Of a DNA stretch of 64,000 bases, positions 15,969-28,848 are shown piece by piece. This DNA comes from Eledone cirrhosa. Lineage: Eukaryota. Numbering within the stretch: position 1 is the stretch's first letter; each line of letters starts with the position of its first letter. The notes below the pieces were generated by a model, which had not been told where the DNA came from, did not search any database, and saw nothing but the letters and a program-made list of their open reading frames with translations. A program made the translations under genes and the position numbers. Location: contig CAXHJY010000710.1 in the NCBI GenBank assembly GCA_964016885.1, forward strand, positions 1 through 64,000, given 5' to 3'.

Positions 15969-16595
15969 GTATATTTATTGATAATAACAACAATTCAAAA
16001 TTTCAGGTCCGTTTGGGAACAAAATTGACCAATGAAAATACAAAAGGTTTAATGCAGTTCGGTGTGTGTATATACATGTAACTACCCTTACACATATTTT
16101 ACAAAAATGTATGCACAACTTGTATACGCATACTGAAAGGATGGATGCAAATACAAAATTTCAAGGTTAATGTCTCTGTAAGTTTATAATGCACAGATAA
16201 GATGCGTATAGACACATAAATATGAAATAAGTGTATAGACATATTTTCATACTCACACATATCCGTACAATCACACACACTCGCGCGTATATGCATAAAC
16301 ATACACATAACCACGAACATACAAACACACACACACCCCCACTCACATATATATATGTGGATATAAAATCATAAGCACATGGATATTAATTCACTCACAT
16401 AAACACTGGCACACACATTTAGATCAAGATACAGAAATTAGGTGGGAGGGGGGGAGAGGTCAGTATTCAACGGTTTGGGCAGACTGCTTAATATAGATGT
16501 ATCTATAAACTAAGAAAATAAAAAATAATAAATAATAAATAAACATTAAAAAGGAAAGAATAGAAAAAGAAAAAAGAAAAAAGGAATATATCAAG

Positions 16596-16679
<84 letters not shown>

Positions 16680-16819
16680 CACACACATACACACATACAT
16701 ATATATACACATATACAAACACATACATACATAAACACACATCCACACTAAGAACATACATACACACACATATATAAACATATACATATACATACATACA
16801 TATACACACATACATATAA

Positions 16820-16868
<49 letters not shown>

Positions 16869-17163
16869 AACACACATACATACACATATAATCACACATA
16901 CTATATAGACACACATATATATACACACATACACGCACATATACATACACTTACATACTTATATACATACAGATATACACATACATACCTATATATACAC
17001 ACAAATACATACAGACATACATACATACATACAGACAAATACTTACGCATCTATATATCGGTATATACATACAAACACCACTATACTATCACACAACTCA
17101 GACATACAAAGAAAAAGGTATATACCTATACACATATACATATACAAATAGAAAAACATATAC

Positions 17164-17250
<87 letters not shown>

Positions 17251-17450
17251 CACATACACACACATACACATACATACACATACATACATGTACACACACA
17301 TAGATATATATACACATACACACATACACACATACATATAAAGTCATACACACACATACACCTACACGAACATACACATACACATATATAAAGATATATA
17401 TACACACACACACACACACATACACACACACACATATATATAAAAAATAA

Positions 17451-17495
<45 letters not shown>

Positions 17496-17928
17496 ATATT
17501 AACTAGGTATATATCCAAAACACATCCCATTCTATGATTACATGACATTCTGCAATTGGTCTGTATAAGGATACCAATTTTAAGCCAATTAAATTAAATT
17601 TTTAGGTTGATTAAAATTAAAACCAAATAATAAATATATTTCTAAAATGTATATTAATTAGGTCTATAATACTAAAAATTATTTCTCTGTCATTGGATAC
17701 ACGATATTTTGTTATAATTTATCTGTAAAAGAATTATAATAAAAGGTTTAAATAAATTAAAATGAATCTATAAATTAAATTACTAAGTATATATTAGTAA
17801 TATTTAAAGGTTTTTCACAATTTATGATTACATAATATTTTATATTCTCATCTGTAATAGAATTTTAATTAAATTAAATTTATAGGTTAACTAACATTTA
17901 AATTAAATTAATTTCTAAAATAATGTTA

Positions 17929-20370
17929 TTAATTAGGTTTATAATATTTAAATGTTTTTTTTAGTTTATGATTACACGATATAATTAATTCCTGTCGTTT
18001 ATTTAATAGGATATCCTTAGATTTCATTATTTCAAATAGTTCTTGGGAACATAATCTACATTCATTTCTATTATTTTGATAAGGGGTGGCTCTTTTGAGC
18101 ACACTCCAGGTCAAATCATATTCTATATTCTTATTTTTATAACTATTGATTTTTTCTGCTAGAGATGTTGTATTAGCCAGTGCGGCATTTTTAAAACTAT
18201 TCTTGTGGGTATTAAACCTTGTCTTAAAATTGTTAGAGGTAGCTCCTATATATGAGCAAATAGAATCTTTAGTTTTAACATTACATTTATAGACTATGTT
18301 GTTAACAAGACAATTCCCTTTTAATGGGCAGTTTGCTTTGTTTCTACAGTTACATCCTTTCGTTAATTCTGTATTTGAGGAGATATTATGGTTAATTTGA
18401 TGTACTGGTGGTATACTTATGGTTTTCTTACATTTATATGCATTATAGGCACTTATATTTTGTTTTATATTATTTGTTGTAGAGTATGAGAATTTAACTG
18501 TAGACCTATTTAAGATTTGATGGTATTTGTGGTTTGGCGGGAAGTTTTTCTCTAGGATATAAAAAAATTTTTTAGCAATATTATCCTTAATTTGTAAATT
18601 AAATGGAGCATTATACCAAGTAACCCGTCTATTACGGTTTCTATGTTGTTTATTATTTTTATTATTTTTATAGGTTGTATCGTGATTTTTACTAGGAGGA
18701 TTAATGTTAATGATCTCACCACAACCATTTTTAGTTATATTTGTAGATTTAGGTGTTTTATCCTTTTTATTAGGAGTTTTATTATTAATATTTATTAGAG
18801 TTGTATGATGAGTAGTTTTTTGAGAGTTACTATACTTTATATTAGAAGATTTGGTATTTTGGGGTATAGTGTGGGTGGCATTTAGGTGTGTACTTTTCAT
18901 TTGGTGTTTGTTGGTAATATTAGGTTGTATGCTTTCAGTATTTTTAGTAGAAGGTATATATTCTAATCTATTTTTGTGGCCACTTCTATCTAGAGCTTCG
19001 TTATAGAAGGTCGCATTTTTATCAAATACATCTTGGTTAGAAGGAAGGTTAGAAATTCTAAGTGATATATTATATGCAAGGTTTTTAAGGATAGATTTAG
19101 GGTGATTAGATTGTGAGTGTATGTAATGTAAGTTTTGGTTAGGTTTATGGTAAGGTTGGTAGATACCCGTAGCTAAATCTAAAGTTATATCTAGGAAATT
19201 TACTACTTTACTTGTTTTTTCAAAAGTAATATTAAGATTATAATAGTCTTTAAGGAAAGTTCTAATATGTTTTTTGTTTTTTTCTATTTCTGAAAGGCTA
19301 AGGTTGTTAGAAAGAAGAAGACAGTCATCACGATATAAACCACCTTTGAGGTGGGGAAAGGAGGCATTTATGTTGAAAAGGAGAAAGAGGCCCACAAGAT
19401 CAGTAATTTGGGCGGAATCGCTTGAACCCATAGTAATATCAAATAGATTACTATATGTGTTTCTGGTCCAGTATTCATTCTGAAATTCAATAAGTGTTAG
19501 TCTAGCATGTGTAATAATATTAATGTCATCCAAAGTTAAGTTAGATCTATTTTTAGCAAATATCAATGCTTTGTTCAGGAGTATAGGTGATATAGAAGAA
19601 TAGTAATTATCTATATCAAATTGTAGAAATGAAGCAGAAGATTTACATCTAATATTTTTAAACCAGTTAATTACCTGGGAGGTGTTTTCCCAGAGTGGTA
19701 AAATAACGTGTTTTCTTATTTGTGGGATGACTCTATCTAAAATTTTTTTGCTAATTATTCCAATATCTGATTTGGAGGGACATATAAGTCTAATAGAAGG
19801 ATTTGAGTTAAAGTTTGATTTATGATCCTTCAGGTTGAAATGTGGTCTTTTCAATGCCAAAGGTTCAGTTCTATCTTCAATGTTTAGTTTTTTTACTATG
19901 TTGTGTGTTTTGTTGTTGATGTTGGTGAGTGACGCATTATTAGATTTTTTATAATTTTTTCTGAGTTCTTTATATATGAACTCATTATAATGTTCAATAT
20001 CCATATGATACAAGTTACCAGTTTTGTCCGAGTGGACATGGATTTTTTTAGACTTTTTTAGGTCCAATAGGGTAGAATCAAGGTCCTTTTGAAAGACGGA
20101 TTTATACTTTTTAAATTTGAGGTGTTTAATTAAATTAAAAAGGTCTTTCTCGAAGTCTTCAAGTAAAAAGTTGTGTGGTGGATTCTTGTAAGTATTGAAA
20201 TCATACATATATTTCCGATCTGCTTGTTTATATTTTCTATCGAAGTGGTAGGCTCTCCATCTAACCCTTCTGATAAAATTATTAGTTTTTTGAATCATAA
20301 GGAGTAAGAAGTCATCCTTAGAAGGTATTGGTATGTTTTTTAAAGAGGTTCCTAAATATTGTTTTTCCAT
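17929..20370 (-). CDS. Penelope-like RT + C-terminal GIY-YIG endonuclease (Naiad type), intact, 813 aa from first ATG
   Basis: SLKNIPIPS N-terminus, QFDIDNYY, ITMGS, GLYRDD, VNFLD; CxCx5Cx5C (CNCRNKANCPLKGNC) before IVYKC...SYIGATSNNFKTRFNTH; CRLC..E..LLNKRQE. Confidence 0.96.
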   Translation of the reverse strand: MEKQYLGTSLKNIPIPSKDDFLLLMIQKTNNFIRRVRWRAYHFDRKYKQADRKYMYDFNTYKNPPHNFLLEDFEKDLFNLIKHLKFKKYKSVFQKDLDSTLLDLKKSKKIHVHSDKTGNLYHMDIEHYNEFIYKELRKNYKKSNNASLTNINNKTHNIVKKLNIEDRTEPLALKRPHFNLKDHKSNFNSNPSIRLICPSKSDIGIISKKILDRVIPQIRKHVILPLWENTSQVINWFKNIRCKSSASFLQFDIDNYYSSISPILLNKALIFAKNRSNLTLDDINIITHARLTLIEFQNEYWTRNTYSNLFDITMGSSDSAQITDLVGLFLLFNINASFPHLKGGLYRDDCLLLSNNLSLSEIEKNKKHIRTFLKDYYNLNITFEKTSKVVNFLDITLDLATGIYQPYHKPNQNLHYIHSQSNHPKSILKNLAYNISLRISNLPSNQDVFDKNATFYNEALDRSGHKNRLEYIPSTKNTESIQPNITNKHQMKSTHLNATHTIPQNTKSSNIKYSNSQKTTHHTTLININNKTPNKKDKTPKSTNITKNGCGEIININPPSKNHDTTYKNNKNNKQHRNRNRRVTWYNAPFNLQIKDNIAKKFFYILEKNFPPNHKYHQILNRSTVKFSYSTTNNIKQNISAYNAYKCKKTISIPPVHQINHNISSNTELTKGCNCRNKANCPLKGNCLVNNIVYKCNVKTKDSICSYIGATSNNFKTRFNTHKNSFKNAALANTTSLAEKINSYKNKNIEYDLTWSVLKRATPYQNNRNECRLCSQELFEIMKSKDILLNKRQELIISCNHKLKKTFKYYKPN

Positions 20371-20520
20371 TGTGATATGGATGATGGACAATTGAAAGAG
20401 CTCAACTAAATGTATATGGGTTTATAAAATCATACATATATATGTATATACATAAATATAAAATTAATACACACATACAGTACAAAAATACGAATATTTC
20501 CGTGAAAATAGGAGCAAAAT

Positions 20521-21501
20521 TATGTAGATAAATCTACCAAGAGTTTACGGTAGTGTCCAATCCGTATGGAGAACTCAATGTATTCCGGATATCATGGAAA
20601 GAAGAGATGTAATGAAAAATCACTTTCGGTGAAAGATAAACGGTATACAGAGTCAAGATAAAATATTAAACAAATAATGAATAAACAATGAAAACAGTTC
20701 CTTATATTAAACAAAAAAAGTTCATTATTTAACGATCGTTTCTAGGATATATATGTGTTAGAATTGGCATGCATATTCAACAGATCTATGTACAAAATTA
20801 TACAAAATTATACAAACTATCAAGATTAAATATACATACCAACACATATATACGCCGTCTTCAGAAATAATGAAGTATATTTATTGATAATAACAACAAT
20901 TCAAAATTTCAGGTCCGTTTGGGAACAAAATTGACCAATGAAAATACAAAAGGTTTAATGCAGTTCGGTGTGTGTATATACATGTAACTACCCTTACACA
21001 TATTTTACAAAAATGTATGCACAACTTGTATACGCATACTGAAAGGATGGATGCAAATACTAAATTTCAAGGTTAATGTCTCTGTAAGTTTATAATGCAC
21101 AGATAAGATGCGTATAGACACATAAATATGAAATAAGTGTATAGACATATTTTCATACTCACACATATCCGTACAATCACACACACTCGCGCGTATATGC
21201 ATAAACATACACATAACCACGAACATACAAACACACACACACCCCCACTCACATATATATATGTGGATATAAAATCATAAGCACATGGATATTAATTCAC
21301 TCACATAAACACTGGCACACACATTTAGATCAAGATACAGAAATTAGGTGGGAGGGGGGGAGAGGTCAGTATTCAACGGTTTGGGCAGACTGCTTAATAT
21401 AGATGTATCTATAAACTAAGAAAATAAAAAATAATAAATAATAAATAAACATTAAAAAGGAAAGAATAGAAAAAGAAAAAAGAAAAAAGAAATATATCAA
21501 G

Positions 21502-21559
<58 letters not shown>

Positions 21560-21703
21560 CACAAACATACACACATACATATATATACACATATACAAAC
21601 ACATACATACATAAACACACATCCACACTAAGAACATACATACACACACATATATAAACATATACATATACACACATACATACATATACACACATACATA
21701 TAA

Positions 21704-21752
<49 letters not shown>

Positions 21753-22048
21753 AACACACATACATACACATATAATCACACATACTATATAGACACACAT
21801 ATATATACACACATACACGCATATATACATACACTTACATACTTATATACATACAGATATACACATACATACCTATATATACACACAAATACATACAGAC
21901 ATACATACATACATACAGACAAATACTTACGCATCTATATATCGGTATATACATACAAACACCACTACACTATCACACAACTCAGACATACAAAGAAAAA
22001 GGTATATACCTATACACATATACATATACAAATAGAAAAACATATACA

Positions 22049-22124
<76 letters not shown>

Positions 22125-22324
22125 CACATACACACACATACACATACATACACATACATACATGTACACACACATAGATATATATACACATACACACATA
22201 CACACATACATATAAAGTCATACACACACATACACCTACACGAACATACACATACACATATATAAAGATATATATACACACACACACACACACATACACA
22301 CACACACATATATATAAAAAATAA

Positions 22325-22369
<45 letters not shown>

Positions 22370-22702
22370 CATATACATACACACATACCTAGACATATAT
22401 GTACATACATACACATACATAGATACATACACACACATACATACATATATATATACACACATAGACATATACATACATACACACACAACTTACATATACA
22501 CATATATACTCATACATAGAATTAGATATATAATCATACATACATACGCACTTACATATACTCATATATACAAATACATACGCATCCATATATGCGTATA
22601 TACATAGAAACACCACTACAACCTCACCCAACTCAGACCTACAAAGAAAAAGGCATATACATATACATATATACACGCATTAATAGAGATATATATACAC
22701 AC

Positions 22703-22734
<32 letters not shown>

Positions 22735-22971
22735 ACTTATATATATATATACCCACACACACATACTACCATAAATACACATACAAACACCCACATATAC
22801 ATATATATACACACATATATATATATATATACACACACATAAAAAACAGACATGCACATATATATTTTTTTACACATATATATACACATATTATATACAT
22901 ATACACACCCTCACATATACACACATACACATAAGTTATATTATAATAATAAATAATATATATATATATAC

Positions 22972-23006
<35 letters not shown>

Positions 23007-23043
23007 CACACATACGAATATAGACATATATACACACATAGAC

Positions 23044-23077
<34 letters not shown>

Positions 23078-23273
23078 ATATACACAGACACATATACACA
23101 CTCACATATATATGTGTGTGCACACACACATATATACACATACACACATATACACATAAACACATATATGTGTATACATGCACACACACACATATATCCA
23201 CATAGATACGAAGATAGACATATAAATAGAGAGACATACATATATATACACACACACATATACATACATACAT

Positions 23274-23330
<57 letters not shown>

Positions 23331-24004
23331 CACACATACACGTACACACATATATACACATGCATATATACACATATACACATACATACACACATATATA
23401 TATACACACACAATCTTACATTCTTATTTGCATGCGCATATATGTATTTTTATATTCAGATATAAATACCCAAACATATATACACCTACCTACATATATA
23501 TTCATACATACACGCTTACAAACACAGATGATAATAGTATGGGGGAAAGGGGGGGGGGGTTGGAGAAGGGGATTATAGTAAATATATGTTTCAAGAAACA
23601 TAGAATATTATCCGTATCTGGATCCAATGTATGTTTTTACATAGTTTCAGTGTTAGGAAATACAATAAACAAGAAATAAGGCAAAATTTATGCATTTCAA
23701 AATAAATAAGTATACCATTAATTATATGTTAACTAAACTAAAGATAGTTAACATATTGATTTCTAAGGTGTAAATTAGTTAGGTTTATAATATTTGAAGC
23801 AGAATTTTGAAGTTAAATAGTAGTAGAGTATTAATTATAGTATAACTAAATTAAAGTTAATAACGTTATGGTATCAATATTAGGAAATGAATTTAGTAAT
23901 AGGGAAAAAACAAATAAAGTATTACATCGGTAGTAGAATATAAATTATAGGTTAACTAAATTAAAAATTATATATTTATTTCTATAGTATATGTTAATTA
24001 GGTA
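20521..24004. repeat. Left arm of ~3.5-kb inverted repeat (pseudo-LTR); partner 26336-29829
   Basis: Unique and microsatellite blocks are mirrored in reverse complement; differences mostly TA-tract lengths. Confidence 0.95.
20721..20874 (-). ncRNA. Hammerhead ribozyme with extended stem II, copy 2 (upstream of ORF)
   Basis: Reverse complement of 29476-29629. Confidence 0.8.
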
Positions 24005-24652
24005 TATAATAAATAAAACAGATATTGTATTTTATCAATAGCAGAATATAATTATATGCAAATAGAAATCAAAATTAATACATATACATATACATATACA
24101 TACACATACATATATACATATATATACACATATACATATACATATATACACATATACACACACATACACATACACATACATATATACATATACATATTTT
24201 TTCAAAAATTGCATAGAATATATTAACTAGGTATATATCCAAAACACATCCCATTCTATGATTACATGACATTCTGCAATTGGTCTGTATAAGGATACCA
24301 ATTTTAAGCCAATTAAATTAAATTTTTAGGTTGATTAAAATTAAAACCAAATAATAAATATATTTCTAAAATGTATATTAATTAGGTCTATAATACTAAA
24401 AATTATTTCTCTGTCATTGGATACACGATATTTTGTTATAATTTATCTGTAAAAGAATTATAATAAAAGGTTTAAATAAATTAAAATGAATCTATAAATT
24501 AAATTACTAAGTATATATTAGTAATATTTAAAGGTTTTTCACAATTTATGATTACATAATATTTTATATTCTCATCTGTAATAGAATTTTAATTAAATTA
24601 AATTTATAGGTTAACTAACATTTAAATTAAATTAATTTCTAAAATAATGTTA

Positions 24653-26337
24653 TTAATTAGGTTTATAATATTTAAATGTTTTTTTTAGTTTATGATTACA
24701 CGATATAATTAATTCCTGTCGTTTATTTAATAGGATATCCTTAGATTTCATTATTTCAAATAGTTCTTGGGAACATAATCTACATTCATTTCTATTATTT
24801 TGATAAGGGGTGGCTCTTTTGAGCACACTCCAGGTCAAATCATATTCTATATTCTTATTTTTATAACTATTGATTTTTTCTGCTAGAGATGTTGTATTAG
24901 CCAGTGCGGCATTTTTAAAACTATGCTTGTGGGTATTAAACCTTGTCTTAAAATTGTTAGAGGTAGCTCCTATATATGAGCAAATAGAATCTTTAGTTTT
25001 AACATTACATTTATAGACTATGTTGTTAACAAGACAATTCCCTTTTAATGGGCAGTTTGCTTTGTTTCTACAGTTACATCCTTTCGTTAATTCTGTATTT
25101 GAGGAGATATTATGGTTAATTTGATGTACTGGTGGTATACTTATGGTTTTCTTACATTTATATGCATTATAGGCACTTATATTTTGTTTTATATTATTTG
25201 TTGTAGAGTATGAGAATTTAACTGTAGACCTATTTAAGATTTGATGGTATTTGTGGTTTGGCGGGAAGTTTTTCTCTAGGATATAAAAAAAATTTTTAGC
25301 AATATTATCCTTAATTTGTAAATTAAATGGAGCATTATACCAAGTAACCCGTCTATTACGGTTTCTATGTTGTTTATTATTTTTATTATTTTTATAGGTT
25401 GTATCGTGATTTTTACTAGGAGGATTAATGTTAATGATCTCACCACAACCATTTTTAGTTATATTTGTAGATTTAGGTGTTTTATCCTTTTTATTAGGAG
25501 TTTTATTATTAATATTTATTAGAGTTGTATGATGAGTAGTTTTTTGAGAGTTACTATACTTTATATTAGAAGATTTGGTATTTTGGGGTATAGTGTGGGT
25601 GGCATTTAGGTGTGTACTTTTCATTTGGTGTTTGTTGGTAATATTAGGTTGTATGCTTTCAGTATTTTTAGTAGAAGGTATATATTCTAATCTATTTTTG
25701 TGGCCACTTCTATCTAGAGCTTCGTTATAGAAGGTCGCATTTTTATCAAATACATCTTGGTTAGAAGGAAGGTTAGAAATTCTAAGTGATATATTATATG
25801 CAAGGTTTTTAAGGATAGATTTAGGGTGATTAGATTGTGAGTGTATGTAATGTAAGTTTTGGTTAGGTTTATGGTAAGGTTGGTAGATACCCGTAGCTAA
25901 ATCTAAAGTTATATCTAGGAAATTTACTACTTTACTTGTTTTTTCAAAAGTAATATTAAGATTATAATAGTCTTTAAGGAAAGTTCTAATATGTTTTTTG
26001 TTTTTTTCTATTTCTGAAAGGCTAAGGTTGTTAGAAAGAAGAAGACAGTCATCACGATATAAACCACCTTTGAGGTGGGGAAAGGAGGCATTTATGTTGA
26101 AAAGGAGAAAGAGGCCCACAAGATCAGTAATTTGGGCGGAATCGCTTGAACCCATAGTAATATCAAATAGATTACTATATGTGTTTCTGGTCCAGTATTC
26201 ATTCTGAAATTCAATAAGTGTTAGTCTAGCATGTGTAATAATATTAATGTCATCCAAAGTTAAGTTAGATCTATTTTTAGCAAATATCAATGCTTTGTTC
26301 AGGAGTATAGGTGATATAGAAGAATAGTAATTATCTA
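24653..26337 (-). pseudogene. 5'-truncated duplicate of the Naiad RT/GIY-YIG ORF
   Basis: Two amino-acid differences from the full ORF in the provided translations; breaks within RT at the inversion junction (TA microhomology). Confidence 0.95.
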
Positions 26338-27011
26338 CCTAATTAACATATACTATAGAAATAAATATATAATTTTTAATTTAGTTAACCTATAATTTAT
26401 ATTCTACTACCGATGTAATACTTTATTTGTTTTTTCCCTATTACTAAATTCATTTCCTAATATTGATACCATAACGTTATTAACTTTAATTTAGTTATAC
26501 TATAATTAATACTCTACTACTATTTAACTTCAAAATTCTGCTTCAAATATTATAAACCTAACTAATTTACACCTTAGAAATCAATATGTTAACTATCTTT
26601 AGTTTAGTTAACATATAATTAATGGTATACTTATTTATTTTGAAATGCATAAATTTTGCCTTATTTCTTGTTTATTGTATTTCCTAACACTGAAACTATG
26701 TAAAAACATACATTGGATCCAGATACGGATAATATTCTATGTTTCTTGAAACATATATTTACTATAATCCCCTTCTCCAACCCCCCCCCCCCCTTTCCCC
26801 CATACTATTATCATCTGTGTTTGTAAGCGTGTATGTATGAATATATATGTAGGTAGGTGTATATATGTTTGGGTATTTATATCTGAATATAAAAATACAT
26901 ATATGCGCATGCAAATAAGAATGTAAGATTGTGTGTGTATATATATATGTGTGTATGTATGTGTATATGTGTATATATGCATGTGTATATATGTGTGTAC
27001 GTGTATGTGTG

Positions 27012-27064
<53 letters not shown>

Positions 27065-27258
27065 ATGTATGTATGTATATGTGTGTGTGTATATATATGT
27101 ATGTCTCTCTATTTATATGTCTATCTTCGTATCTATGTGGATATATGTGTGTGTGTGCATGTATACACATATATGTGTTTATGTGTATATGTGTGTATGT
27201 GTATATATGTGTGTGTGCACACACATATATGTGAGTGTGTATATGTGTCTGTGTATAT

Positions 27259-27290
<32 letters not shown>

Positions 27291-27318
27291 GTCTATGTGT
27301 GTATATATGTCTATATTC

Positions 27319-27366
<48 letters not shown>

Positions 27367-27603
27367 GTATATATATATATATTATTTATTATTATAATAT
27401 AACTTATGTGTATGTGTGTATATGTGAGGGTGTGTATATGTATATAATATGTGTATATATATGTGTAAAAAAATATATATGTGCATGTCTGTTTTTTATG
27501 TGTGTGTATATATATATATATATGTGTGTATATATATGTATATGTGGGTGTTTGTATGTGTATTTATGGTAGTATGTGTGTGTGGGTATATATATATATA
27601 AGT

Positions 27604-27643
<40 letters not shown>

Positions 27644-27970
27644 ATATATATCTCTATTAATGCGTGTATATATGTATATGTATATGCCTTTTTCTTTGTA
27701 GGTCTGAGTTGGGTGAGGTTGTAGTGGTGTTTCTATGTATATACGCATATATGGATGCGTATGTATTTGTATATATGAGTATATGTAAGTGCGTATGTAT
27801 GTATGATTATATATCTAATTCTATGTATGAGTATATATGTGTATATGTAAGTTGTGTGTGTATGTATGTATATGTCTATGTGTGTATATATATATGTATG
27901 TATGTGTGTGTATGTATCTATGTATGTGTATGTATGTACATATATGTCTAGGTATGTGTGTATGTATATG

Positions 27971-28017
<47 letters not shown>

Positions 28018-28213
28018 TTTTTATATATATGTGTGTGTGTGTATGTGTGTGTGTGTGTGTGTATATATATCTTTATATATGTGTATGTGTATGTTCGTGT
28101 AGGTCTATGTGTGTGTATGACTTTATATGTATGTGTGTATGTGTGTATGTGTATATATATCTATGTGTGTGTACATGTATGTATGTGTATGTATGTGTAT
28201 GTGTGTGTATGTG

Positions 28214-28252
<39 letters not shown>

Positions 28253-28567
28253 ATATATATATATATATATATGTATATGTTTTTCTATTTGTATATGTAT
28301 ATGTGTATAGGTATATACCTTTTTCTTTGTATGTCTGAGTTGTGTGATAGTGTAGTGGTGTTTGTATGTATATACCGATATATAGATGCGTAAGTATTTG
28401 TCTGTATGTATGTATGTATGTCTGTATGTATGTGTGTGTATATATAGGTATGTATGTGTATATCTGTATGTATATAAGTATGTAAGTGTATGTATATGTG
28501 CGTGTATGTGTGTATATATATGTGTGTCTATATAGTATGTGTGATTATATGTGTATGTATGTGTGTT

Positions 28568-28636
<69 letters not shown>

Positions 28637-28780
28637 TTATATGTATGTGTGTATATGTATGTATGTGTGTATATGTATATGTTTATATATGTGTGTGTAT
28701 GTATGTTCTTAGTGTGGATGTGTGTTTATGTATGTATGTGTTTGTATATGTGTATATATATGTATGTGTGTATGTGTGTG

Positions 28781-28848
<68 letters not shown>

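Noticed and set aside
17929-20391. Selenoprotein-type Naiad
   Set aside because: Some Naiads use UGA recoding, but this ORF has no in-frame TGA; the track start at 20391 is TTG and the first ATG is 20370.
20405-20537. Retained intron in the Penelope leader (TTG|GTAGAT...ATTTAG on minus)
   Set aside because: Plausible for this class, but the donor is weak and no upstream in-frame ATG was found; needs RNA data.
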